Assembly (NCBI GenBank): GCA_963815115.1
Contig: CAWFFN010000012.1
Span: 704,001-768,000 of the forward strand
Source of the DNA: an uncultured delta proteobacterium
Lineage (GTDB): Bacteria; Desulfobacterota; Binatia; DP-6
Length of the DNA: 64,000 nucleotides
Reading direction: 5' to 3'
A program made the position numbers and the translations under genes. The first letter of the stretch is position 1, and every line of letters begins with the position of its first letter. This document shows, piece after piece, positions 1 to 11,135 of the stretch. Under the pieces are notes generated by a model. It saw only the letters and a list, made by a program, of their open reading frames with translations. It ran no database searches and was not told the origin of the DNA.

Positions 1-542
1 GCGACGTCGATCGGCGTGTCGAGCGCGGGCATCGTGTCGGCGAACCAGCCCTTGCGAAAGTCGCACACCTCGGGAGCGCCGAAGCGCGCCACCGTGCGCC
101 GGACGGCGGGCAAGCGGCCGCGAAAGGCGCCGGCCCGGAACAGCACGCGCCGCCCCCAGAGGTTGCGATGCACCTCGTCGTTGGGGGGGATGCCGCGGAA
201 CGAGTCGAAGACCAGGAGACGCCCGCCCGCGAGCCGCGTCACCAGGCTGAGCTTCGCGGTGCTCCCGCCCTTGCCGCTTCCCGCCTCGACCACGGTGAGA
301 CCGGGACGGCCCGCGAGGCGCAGGATGCGGTCGGCGACGCGCAGCAGCTCGGCCTGCGTGTGATACGTGCGCACGTGGTTCGTCGTGGTGACGAACCGCG
401 CCACCAGCGCGATCCGCGCGTGCACCGGCAGGGCGAGCGGATAGCTCGCTCCGAGAAACGCCAGCACGGCCCGGCGGTCGCGCCCGAGGAGGAAGCGAAC
501 GGACTGGACGCGGCGATAGAGTGAGCCGGTGCCGCGCCGCAC
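1..542 (-). CDS. TylF/MycF/NovP-like SAM-dependent O-methyltransferase; 3' end runs off the window
   Basis: Not in the ORF track. Manual translation from GTG at 542 gives VVEAGSGKGGST, LLVFDSFRGIP and KGWFADTMP, which match the E-x-G, FDSF and KG(W/F)F motifs of the TylF family. Confidence 0.7.
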   Translation of the reverse strand, partial: MRRGTGSLYRRVQSVRFLLGRDRRAVLAFLGASYPLALPVHARIALVARFVTTTNHVRTYHTQAELLRVADRILRLAGRPGLTVVEAGSGKGGSTAKLSLVTRLAGGRLLVFDSFRGIPPNDEVHRNLWGRRVLFRAGAFRGRLPAVRRTVARFGAPEVCDFRKGWFADTMPALDTPIDV

Positions 543-548
543 CCGCGA

Positions 549-1430
549 CTACCGGTACTGCTGGAGCCGCGCGATGCGCTCCTCGAGAGGCGGGTGCGAG
601 GCCATCAGCCGCATGAAGCGGCTCGGTCCTCCGGCGATCTTGAGCGTGGCCAGCGCTTCCTGCCGCGTGTCGACCAGTTCCGTGTTGCGCCGCAGGCGCT
701 CGAGGGCCGCGATCATCTTGGGAGTGCCGGCCAGCGTCGCGCCGCCGCGGTCTGCCCGGAACTCGCGCCAGCGCGAGAAGCCGGCCACCACGACGGCGCC
801 GAGGAGGCTGAGCACGATCTGGAGCACGATCACGACGAGGAAGTTGATCATGCCACGGCTCTCCTCGCGCACGCTCTGGCTGATCGCGAAGGCGATCACG
901 CGCGCGAAGAACAGCACGAAGGCGTTCACCACACCCTGGAGCAGCGTCATGGTCACCATGTCACCGTTGGCCACGTGGGTGATCTCGTGGCCGAGCACGC
1001 CCTCCACCTCGTCGCGGTTCATGCGCCCGAGGAGGCCGCTCGAGACGGCGACCAGCGCACGCGACCTCGTCGGACCGGTGGCGAACGCGTTCACCTCTGG
1101 ACTGTCGTAGATGCCGACCTCGGGCATCGCCGGCAGGCGCGCGCCGCGGGCGAGGCCGTGCACGATGTCGACCAGCGTGCGCTGCGTCGGATCACTCGTG
1201 CTCGGGTCGATGACCTGCACGCCCATCATCCGCTTGGCCACCACGCGGGAGAGCGCGAGCGAGATGAGGGACCCCGCCATGCCCCAGACGAAGCAGAAGA
1301 GCATGAGGCCGCCCATGCCCGAGCCCCCGAGACCCCGGCCAAGCCCCAGCACCTGTGCCAGGATCGTGACCGTGAGCATCACCAGGATGTTGGTGATCAG
1401 GAAGAGGACGATGCGCTTCGCCCAGACCAT
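549..1430 (-). CDS. htpX: Protease HtpX (M48 zinc metalloprotease)
   Basis: NAFATG, HEITH (HExxH), FSRWREFRAD and SHPPLEERI motifs. Start trimmed to MVWAKRIVLF, which follows a GGAGG RBS. Confidence 0.95.
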   Translation of the reverse strand: MVWAKRIVLFLITNILVMLTVTILAQVLGLGRGLGGSGMGGLMLFCFVWGMAGSLISLALSRVVAKRMMGVQVIDPSTSDPTQRTLVDIVHGLARGARLPAMPEVGIYDSPEVNAFATGPTRSRALVAVSSGLLGRMNRDEVEGVLGHEITHVANGDMVTMTLLQGVVNAFVLFFARVIAFAISQSVREESRGMINFLVVIVLQIVLSLLGAVVVAGFSRWREFRADRGGATLAGTPKMIAALERLRRNTELVDTRQEALATLKIAGGPSRFMRLMASHPPLEERIARLQQYR

Positions 1431-1616
1431 GGATACCTCCGTGTCCGCTAAGATACGCCGGACCCTCCCGCAGGCAAGGGCGCCGGTCCGTGGCGAGCGC
1501 CGAGCCTCCCGCGGTGTGAGTCCGCGATTCGCCTGCGCCGCTACAGACGAGCGTCGGCCCGGCCGCACGATCCTGCGACCGGGCCGACGGCGACCGACTG
1601 CCGCGTCACGCGGCGG

Positions 1617-1841
1617 TCACGCAGCGTGGGGCAGATGCCTTGCGGGCTGGGCGGGTACCGGGCGTCCGGGGTTCGCGGCGCGCGACTGTCGCCGCAGCGC
1701 GATCGAGTACTCTCCGGCGAGCAGCCCGATCAGCACCGCCAGCGCAGCCAGGGCGGCGACGAGGGCCAGCGGTGCCAGGGGACCGAACAGCTCGCCTGCC
1801 GTGAGCGCGGGAGCCACCTGGGGAAAGCCGATGGGTATCAT
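1617..1841 (-). CDS. Small single-TM membrane protein (74 aa), function unknown
   Basis: AGGAGG RBS before the ATG; hydrophobic segment LFGPLAPLALVAALAALAVLIGLLA followed by a basic tail; sigma54-like promoter just upstream. Confidence 0.65.
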   Translation of the reverse strand: MIPIGFPQVAPALTAGELFGPLAPLALVAALAALAVLIGLLAGEYSIALRRQSRAANPGRPVPAQPARHLPHAA

Positions 1842-1870
1842 CGTCTTCGAACCTCCTGCCGGGGCACTTC

Positions 1871-1885
1871 GCATGGATCGTGCCA
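1871..1885 (-). promoter_or_regulatory. Sigma54 (-24/-12) promoter for the 74-aa ORF
   Basis: Minus strand reads TGGCACGATCCATGC (GG-N10-GC), about 30 nt upstream of the start codon. Confidence 0.65.
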
Positions 1886-1990
1886 CGCTGCGGCGATTCA
1901 CCGCCGGCCGGAAACCGCCGTACAGCCGGGACATTCCCGGCGGCCCGTCCTCGCTGGGTGCATGGTGAAGGCGACGGTAGGCAGCCCGGG

Positions 1991-2032
1991 TGCAGCAGAG
2001 ATGTGGCACCCCGCTGTCCGGAGAATAGGACA
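1991..2032. promoter_or_regulatory. Candidate tandem upstream activator sequences for a sigma54 activator
   Basis: Two 18-bp imperfect palindromes, TGCAGCAGAGATGTGGCA (1991-2008) and TGTCCGGAGAATAGGACA (2015-2032), lie between the two divergent sigma54 motifs. Confidence 0.4.
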
Positions 2033-2072
2033 CCGGAACCTTCTTTTCCGCTTGCAGCCTGGAAAGGGTTCA

Positions 2073-2087
2073 TGGCACCGCGTTTGC
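2073..2087 (+). promoter_or_regulatory. Sigma54 (-24/-12) promoter for the kinase/regulator operon
   Basis: TGGCACCGCGTTTGC is an exact match to TGGCAC-N5-TTGC, about 50 nt before the kinase GTG. Confidence 0.75.
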
Positions 2088-2138
2088 GGGTCCGGGAACC
2101 ATGGTTGGCGGTCGCCCGAGCGTCCGTACGGAGGGGTC

Positions 2139-5061
2139 GTGACGACGTCCGCGCTCGTGGCAGCAGCACTTCACGCCCTGCCGGCGGTGGTGTGGACCAC
2201 GAGCGAGCTGGTCGACGCGTTCCTGGTGCTGCTTCCCGCCGCGGCCCAGGCGGCCATCGCCTGGCAGCAGGGCGGCACGCTGCGCAGCGCGTTTCCCGAC
2301 CGTCGGGTCGCGCGCCGGCTTCCGCATCCCGGCCTCCTGATGGCGCTCTCCTACGGGCTCGGCGCGGTGGCGCATCACCTGGTGCCCCCGGCCGCCGGCG
2401 AGCCGCCGTCTGCCGGCCGGATCGTCACCTATGTCTCGATCGACGTGCTCGTGATCCTCGGGCTCGCCGGCTACGTCCACCTCGCGCGCGAGGAGGCCCA
2501 CCCCGACGCGCCGCCGCCTCGCCACTGGCTGGTGGCGCACTACGGCATCGCCGCCGCTCTCTGCCTGCTCGCGGCCACCTTCCCGGCCGTGATCCCGCTG
2601 CCGACGGTCGCGCAACAGCTGCGCGTCTACGAGGCCGCCTTCCTGGCCTACTACCTGACGACGACGGGTCGGATCCTCGGCTTCCTCGTCGGCCCGTCGG
2701 GTGCCCGACCCGGCGTCGCGCTCTTCGCCTGCGGGATGGTGCTGGCAGCGGGCGGCTGGATCCTGCTCGAGATCGCCCGCGCGCCGGTGCTCGTCGCACC
2801 ACTCGTGGCCGCGATCGGGCTCGCCTTCGCGGTGCCGTTCGCCGCCGGCCGCCTGCAGTCGGCCGTGCGCGCGATGGTCGGCGTGGTTGCGGCGGTGGTT
2901 GCCTGGCGCGTCGCGAGCGCCGGAGTGGAGGCGCTCGGTGCGCTCGCGGCGGCCGGCGGCCGTCTGGCCGGGCCGCCACCACTGGCCATCGCCGCGGCCG
3001 CCGTATCGGGCGTGCAGGGTCTGGTGTGGGGCATCTGCGCCCGCCGTGGGTTCCGGACCCGGCAGCGGGCCGGAGCGAACGCCCCGCTGGCTGGCGTCCT
3101 CGCCATGTTGATGGTCTGCATGACCGGATTCAGCGTATTGAACGCGACCTGCTGGCTGTTCGCGCTGCCGGCGTTGCCGGCGCCGCCCTGGCTCGCCGCA
3201 CTCTACTTCCTGCACGACTGGACCCTGGTCGCTGCGGCCGCGCTGGCGATCCATCTGGCGCTCCTGCTGCCGGGCGATGCTGCGACACCCACGTCCCGCC
3301 AGGTCGCGCTCGACTACGGCGTGGCCGGGATCGTCGGTCTTGCCGGCGTGTTCCTCTTCGACTTCTTCCCGTCGGTGAGCCTCGAGCAGCGCGTCCGGGC
3401 GTACGTCGCGTTGCAGGACCTCTACGTGATCGTCGCCGTGACGTTCGTGGTGTCGCGCATGGTGCGCCTGGTGCGACCGGGGAGGGGATGGCGCCCGAAT
3501 CAGGATCTGCTCGGTGGGGGCGTGAGCTGGCCCGACGTCCTCGTCTTCGGGCTCGTGATCGCCGGGGTCGGCGGCTGGATGCTGAGCCTTGCCGCCCAGC
3601 CTCCGGGATGGCAGCCGACACCGCTCAAGCTCGCGCTGACCGCCGTCACGGGCACCGCGGCGCTCTTCCCCGTCGCGTTGCGCTCGCTCGGCGAGGTGGC
3701 CCGGGTGATGCTCGGCACGCTCGTCGCACTCGCGCTCGCGATCTTGAGCTGGGTGGCGATCGAGGCGGTGATGACGCCCGTCGCCGGCGTCGGTCTCGAT
3801 CGATTCGCCGTGCCGCTGGCCGCGGCGGTTCTCGCCCTGGTGTTCGTGCCCCTCCAGGCGTGGTCGCGGGGCGTGCTCGAGCGTGCGGTCTTTCGACGCA
3901 GCCAGCGGCGAGGCGAGCGACTCCAGGCCTTCCTGCACGAGCTGCCGCCCGAGCTGGGCATCCTCGAGTGCAGCCGTCGAGCAGTGGAAGCGCTGGTCGA
4001 CGTGCTGCGCTGTCCAGGGGCCGGCGTGCTCCTCGACGGTGGCGAGTCCGTGAGCTGCGGCACCCTCACCGCCAGCGCCCTCCAGCGCGGCTGGCCGCCG
4101 GGCTCGCGGGCCGATGCGCACGTCTCGCGTCCGCTCCTCGGCTACGAGCTGGCGACCCTGCCGCTCCCGCTGCGCGAGACCCTGCCCGAGGCCGGCGTGG
4201 TGGCGGTGCTGCCGCTGCGCAGCCCGCGCCGCGACTGGGGACATCTCGTCCTGGCGGCCGGTCTCCTCGCCACGGCGTTCGCTGACGAGGATCTCCAGGT
4301 GGCCGAGGCGTTCGCGGATCAGCTCGCGCTGATCCTCGACACCACGGAGCTGCTCGAGCGCGCGGTCTCGGTCGAGCGCTCGCTGGCGCACGCCGAGAAA
4401 CTCGCGGCGGTCGGCGAGACCGCGGCGCGCATCGCGCACGACATCCGCAACCCCGTCACCGCCGCGCGCAGCCTGGCACAGCAGCTCGCGAGGGCGCCGC
4501 TCGAGGCCGACGGCGAAGTCGCGCGCGTCATCGTCCAGGAGCTCGATCGGATCGAGCACCACGTCTCCGCGCTGCTCCGCTTCGCCCGGCGCGAGGAGTT
4601 CCGGTTCGAGGCCGTGGACCTCGGCGCGCTCGTACGGGGCGCGCTCGAGCCGTTCCTCCCCAGGCTGCGGGCGGCGGAGATCGACCTCGAGCTGGACGCG
4701 CCCGGGGGAATCGTGGCACGAGCCGATGCCGAGCGAATGCGCCAGGTGCTGGCGAACCTGATCGAGAATGCGCTGGGGGCGCTGCAGGACGCGTCACTCC
4801 CGCGCCGGCTGGTCGTGGCGGTGACCGGCGACGACGGCGTCGCCAGGGTGCGCGTCGCGCGACACCGGTCCCGGCGTGCCTGCCGACGCGCTTCCCCGCC
4901 TGTTCGAGCCCTTCTTCTCGCTCAAGCCGGCCGGCACCGGGCTGGGGCTCGCGATCGCGAAGCGCGCCATCGACGCCCACGGCGGTCGCATCACCGCCGA
5001 AGCTCCCGCCCACGGCGGCCTGCGCATCGATCTCGAGGTGCCGCTCGCGAGGACGTCATGA
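2139..5061 (+). CDS. Multi-TM sensor histidine kinase (membrane module, GAF-like, HisKA, HATPase) with an apparent frameshift near 4858
   Basis: H-box IAHDIRNPV and N-box QVLANLIENA are in one frame. DTGPGV, LFEPFFS and GTGLGLAI are in the next frame from about 4861, ending at TGA 5061, which overlaps the next ATG. Confidence 0.85.
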
Positions 5062-6461
5062 GACCGGCGATTCTCGTCGTGGACGACGAGCGCGCCATCG
5101 GCATCGCGATCCAGCGCCTGCTCGTGGGCCGCGGCTACGAGGTGGAGACCGCGCTCTCCGGCGAGGAAGCGCTCGAGAAGATGACGCGCCGGGCCTACCA
5201 GCTCGTGATCACCGATCTCGACCTGAAGGGGATCACGGGCATGGAGGTGCTGCGGGCGGCGAGGGAGTGCAGCCCGGACAGCGCGGTGATCATGATCACG
5301 GCCTACGGCTCGGAGAAGATCGCGGTCGACGCGATGAAGGCCGGCGCCGCCGACTACCTCCCCAAGCCGTTCGACAACGACGAGCTCGAGCTGGTGGTCG
5401 AGCGGGTCCTGGAAGGCGTGACGCTGCGCCGGGATGTGAAGCTGCTCCGCCAGCAGGTGGCCGAGAGCCGCGGCCTCGAACGTCTCATCGGCAAGAGTAG
5501 TGCCATGGGGCGGGTGTTCGACGTGATCCGCAAGGTTGCCGACACCGATCTGACCGTTCTCATCCGTGGTCCCAGTGGCACCGGCAAGGAGCTCGTGGCC
5601 GACGCCCTCCACCATCGCAGCCCGCGCCGCGATCGCCCGCTGGTCAAGGTCAACTGCGCCGCGTTCTCACGCGAGCTGGTCGAGAGCGAGCTGTTCGGCC
5701 ACGAGAAGGGGGCCTTCACGGGGGCCACGGCCACGCGCGAGGGCAAGTTCGAGACCGCCGACGGCGGCACCCTGCTGCTCGACGAGATCGGGGACATGGG
5801 CCTCGAGACTCAGGCGAAGATACTGCGTGTCCTTCAGGAGCGGGAGCTCGAGCGGGTTGGCGGCAACCGGACCATCAAGGTCGACGTCCGCATCCTGGCA
5901 GCGACCAACCAGGACCTGGAGGCGAAGGTGCGGGACGGGACCTTTCGCCAGGACCTCTACTACCGGCTGAACGTGGTTCCGGTGACGCTGCCGGCGCTCC
6001 GCGAGCGTCTCGAGGACCTGCCTCCCCTCATCGAGACCTTCCTCGCTGCCGCGGCCAGCCGCCTGCGGCGACCCCCCCGCCCGCTCGCGCCGGCCGCCTA
6101 CCGGGCCCTCCTGGCGCACGATTGGCCGGGCAACGTACGCGAGCTGGAGCACGCCCTGGAGCAGGCCGTGGCCCTGGCGTCCGGCGAGGAGATCCGGCTC
6201 GACGACCTCCCGGCGGCCGTGCGCGGTGGATCCGATCCGGAGGCCGGGCTCGACCAGGGACCGCCCGGCAGCTTCAAGGATGCCAAGCAGCGCGTCGTCG
6301 AGCGTTTCGAGCGCCAGTTCATCGCGGCTGCCCTGGGCCGCCACCAGGGGAACATCTCGAAGGCTGCCGAGGATATGGGCATGTACCGCCAGCACCTCCA
6401 GCTGAAGCTCGCCGAGTACGGCATCGACGCCGATCAGTTCCGGCAGCGCGGGGAGCGCTAG
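5058..6461 (+). CDS. Sigma54-dependent NtrC/AtoC-family response regulator (REC-AAA+-Fis HTH)
   Basis: ILVVDDE...TDL...YLPKPF receiver, GPSGTGKE Walker A, ESELFGHEKGAFTGA, WPGNVREL, C-terminal HTH GNISKAAE. Confidence 0.95.
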   Translation: MRPAILVVDDERAIGIAIQRLLVGRGYEVETALSGEEALEKMTRRAYQLVITDLDLKGITGMEVLRAARECSPDSAVIMITAYGSEKIAVDAMKAGAADYLPKPFDNDELELVVERVLEGVTLRRDVKLLRQQVAESRGLERLIGKSSAMGRVFDVIRKVADTDLTVLIRGPSGTGKELVADALHHRSPRRDRPLVKVNCAAFSRELVESELFGHEKGAFTGATATREGKFETADGGTLLLDEIGDMGLETQAKILRVLQERELERVGGNRTIKVDVRILAATNQDLEAKVRDGTFRQDLYYRLNVVPVTLPALRERLEDLPPLIETFLAAAASRLRRPPRPLAPAAYRALLAHDWPGNVRELEHALEQAVALASGEEIRLDDLPAAVRGGSDPEAGLDQGPPGSFKDAKQRVVERFERQFIAAALGRHQGNISKAAEDMGMYRQHLQLKLAEYGIDADQFRQRGER

Positions 6462-6505
6462 CGGCACCTGGGCTGGCACCTGCCCAGGATCAGGCCACTT
6501 TGTAC

Positions 6506-6534
6506 TTGACTGACCCGAGCGGTGAAAGTACGTT
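6506..6534 (+). promoter_or_regulatory. Sigma70-type promoter upstream of the rpoD-like gene
   Basis: TTGACT-N17-TACGTT. Confidence 0.5.
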
Positions 6535-6684
6535 CATCTGTCTGTGACGCGGTCTGGCCCGTCCGGATCGCTCTCTCTAACTATCCCCATCTGTGCGGAC
6601 CCTCCGCCATCCCTCTCGGCCGGTGCTGACACCGACCAGCGCCACCCGGCGGGCGGCTGCCTGGCCCTCGCCCGCGTGAAGCGC

Positions 6685-8480
<1,796 letters not shown>

Positions 8481-8538
8481 GAGGCGGGACGGAGTCGATC
8501 ACGGGCCGGTCCGGGCCCCGGCCGGCCGGAGGGAGTGG

Positions 8539-8694
8539 ATGCTCGAGAACCTGGAGAAGGAGTTGCGGAAGTGGCGCGAGGACCGCGCCGCCAAGCCGCA
8601 GCGCGAGGCGCCTTCCGACCGGCGCACCGTCAAGGTGAACGGTCAGGAAGTCGTCGTCGTCCGGAAGAAGCCGAAGCCGCGCACCGGCGAGTAG
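8539..8694 (+). CDS. Small basic hypothetical protein (51 aa)
   Basis: GAGGGAG RBS and typical codon usage; MLENLEKELRKWREDR...RTVKVNGQEVVVVRKKPK. Confidence 0.6.
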   Translation: MLENLEKELRKWREDRAAKPQREAPSDRRTVKVNGQEVVVVRKKPKPRTGE

Positions 8695-8771
8695 GCGCGG
8701 CGTGCGGTCCGCGGTTTCCCGCGGGCCGGCCGCGATCTCGACGGCGCGAGTCACGGGGTCTGGCCCGCGGG

Positions 8772-9956
8772 TCAGGCGCGGCCCGCCTCGCGCACCGGCT
8801 GCCCGTCCTCGAGTGGCGGCGGGTCGCCGATCACCACGCGCTCGCCCTCGGCGAGCCCTGCGGTGATCTGGACCTGATCGGCGAACGTCGGTCCGGTGGT
8901 GATCGCCGTGCGCTGCACGCGGCCGTCGCGGATCACCCAGGCGTACGGGCCCTGCGGGCTCGCGCGCACGGCGCTGCGCGGCACCAGGACCCCGGGCGTG
9001 CCCGGCGCTCCCGCGACCGGCTCCAGGAAGGTGATGCGCGCGCTCATGTCGGGCCACAGCTGCTCGTCCGGGTGCTCGATCTGGACCTCGACCCGGAGCG
9101 TCCCCTTCTGGCGGTCGACCTGCGGGTAGAGCTTCACCACGTGGGCGGCGTAGCGGCGATCGGGATAGGCGTCGGGAACGACGTCCGCCCGCTGCCCGAT
9201 GCGGATCTTCGCCAGCTCCGCCTCCGTGACGTCGACCTGGCCGCGCAGGTCGTCCAGATTGGCCATGCGGATCAGGTCGCCGGAGCCGGAGAACCCGCCG
9301 GGGGTCGCGATCTCACCGACCTCCTTGTACTTCGAGAGGATGACGCCGCTGCGCGGCGCGCGTAGCGTGGTGTACTCGAGCGCGACGCGCGCCTGCACGA
9401 GCTCCGCCTCCGCGGTGCCGACCCGCGCCGCCGCCGTGTCGGCCTCGGCGCGCCGGATGTCCACCTCCTCCCGGGAGATCACGCCGGGACGCAGGCCCTC
9501 GGCGCGCGCGCGCTTCTGCTTCGCGAGGTTGGCCTCGGCCTGCGCCAGCCTCACGTTGGCCATGGCGCGCGCGACCGCGGCGCGGTACTCCCGGTCGTCG
9601 ATCTGGACCAGCGGATCGCCCTGTTTCACGTGATCGCCTTCCTCGACCAGGTAGCGATCGATCCGGCCGCCGACGCGTACGCCGATCGAGATGTAGCGGT
9701 CGGCGCTGACGACGTAGCCGGCGCCCGAGAGGACCGGCACGCCGTCGGCCGATCCACCCGTTGCCACGGTGACGGGGGCCGCCTCGACGGTGGGCACGCG
9801 CCCGGCGGCGATGCGCCGGCCGGCGAGCACGCCCGCCACGAGGAGAACGGCTGCCACGACGCTCCAGCGCACCCAGCGCCGGGAACGCGCGGGCGCTCCC
9901 TCGCGCTGGATGCGCAGGGCGCTCAGGTGCTCGCGGATCTCCGGAGTGCTGGCCAT
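8772..9956 (-). CDS. Efflux periplasmic adaptor subunit (MacA/HlyD-like)
   Basis: N-terminal TM, GGRIDRYLVEEGDHVKQGDPLVQID, LRAPRSGVI lipoyl half-motifs, GLAEGERVV. Confidence 0.9.
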   Translation of the reverse strand: MASTPEIREHLSALRIQREGAPARSRRWVRWSVVAAVLLVAGVLAGRRIAAGRVPTVEAAPVTVATGGSADGVPVLSGAGYVVSADRYISIGVRVGGRIDRYLVEEGDHVKQGDPLVQIDDREYRAAVARAMANVRLAQAEANLAKQKRARAEGLRPGVISREEVDIRRAEADTAAARVGTAEAELVQARVALEYTTLRAPRSGVILSKYKEVGEIATPGGFSGSGDLIRMANLDDLRGQVDVTEAELAKIRIGQRADVVPDAYPDRRYAAHVVKLYPQVDRQKGTLRVEVQIEHPDEQLWPDMSARITFLEPVAGAPGTPGVLVPRSAVRASPQGPYAWVIRDGRVQRTAITTGPTFADQVQITAGLAEGERVVIGDPPPLEDGQPVREAGRA

Positions 9957-11128
9957 CAGGCGTGCCGCAGCGCGTCCACGACGGACAGGTGGGCGGCGCG
10001 CCAGGCCGGCCCGAGGCCGCCGAACACGCCGATGGCGGTAGCGAACCCGGCCCCCAGGACGGCGCCGCCGACCGTCGGCTCGAGGAGCACGGTCGCCACG
10101 GTGAAGGTCATCATGCTGAAGGCGACCCCCGAGAGCAATGTGTTGATGGCGAGCATGGCGAGGCCCGCGAGGGCGAGGCCGGCGACCAGCCCCGCCAGGG
10201 CGAGCAGCAGCGACTCGGCGAGGAACGACACCAGGATGGTGCCGCGCCCGAAGCCCAGAGCGCGCAGCGTCCCGATCTCGGGCGTCCGGTTCGCGACCGC
10301 GGCGTACATGGTGTTCAGGGCGCCGAAGGTGGCCCCGGCGCCCATCACCATCGCGAGCGTCAGGACCAGGACGTAGAGCGCGTTGGCGGTCTCGGCCTGC
10401 TCGGCATAGTAGGCCACCTCGGGCTTGGCCTCGAGCGTGAAGCGGCCGTCGCTCTCGATCCGCTGCTTCAGGTCGCGCATGTCCGCGCCCGGCGCCACGG
10501 TGACGCGGAGCCCCGAGTAGCCGTCGCGCCGCGTATCGTCCTGCACGTCCGTCACGTCGGCCCAGATCTCGCTGTCGAAGGCGGTGCCACCGGAGTCGAA
10601 CACTCCCACCACGGTCCAGTGCCGGCGGCCGAGCTCGATGCGGTCGCCGATCCCGACGCCGTAGCGCCGGGCGGCGTCGGTGCCGACCACCACCTCGCCG
10701 AGGTTGGGGACGAACGGACGTCCGGCGACCAGCCGCACGGCACGGTGCACGCGGAAGGCGACGGGCTCGACGCCGCGCACGAGCACGTTCTCGCGGCCGC
10801 CCTCGCGGTTGCGCATGAAGGGCTGGTTCACCAGCTCGGGCGAGGAGAGCGGCGTGCCATCGGCGTCGCGCGCCACGCCGGTGAGGGAGCGGATGGTCTG
10901 CGCCGCGTCGCGCGGCACCTGGCTCGAGCCGTCGCTGGTCGACCCCTTGCGCATGACGACGAGGTTGTCGGGCTCGCCGGCCGACGTCAGTATCTGCTTC
11001 AAGCCGCTCACCAGGGCCGCCAGCAGCATGGTCGCCGCCACGACGAGCGCGATGCCGCCCGCCGTGAACGCGCTCGTCCAGCGTCGCACGAGGAGGTTGC
11101 GCACGTTGTAGCTCAGGGGAACCGCCAC
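9956..11128 (-). CDS. ABC transporter permease (MacB/FtsX family)
   Basis: LSYNVRNLLVRR...TMYAAVANRTPEIGTLRALGF; GTG start assigned at 11128. Confidence 0.9.
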   Translation of the reverse strand: MAVPLSYNVRNLLVRRWTSAFTAGGIALVVAATMLLAALVSGLKQILTSAGEPDNLVVMRKGSTSDGSSQVPRDAAQTIRSLTGVARDADGTPLSSPELVNQPFMRNREGGRENVLVRGVEPVAFRVHRAVRLVAGRPFVPNLGEVVVGTDAARRYGVGIGDRIELGRRHWTVVGVFDSGGTAFDSEIWADVTDVQDDTRRDGYSGLRVTVAPGADMRDLKQRIESDGRFTLEAKPEVAYYAEQAETANALYVLVLTLAMVMGAGATFGALNTMYAAVANRTPEIGTLRALGFGRGTILVSFLAESLLLALAGLVAGLALAGLAMLAINTLLSGVAFSMMTFTVATVLLEPTVGGAVLGAGFATAIGVFGGLGPAWRAAHLSVVDALRHA

Positions 11129-11135
11129 GTCCGAC

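Noticed and set aside
1626-6461. 1611-aa hybrid kinase-regulator ORF
   Set aside because: Produced by a frameshift near 4858. The kinase C-terminus exists in the adjacent frame and ends in an ATGA overlap with the regulator's own start.
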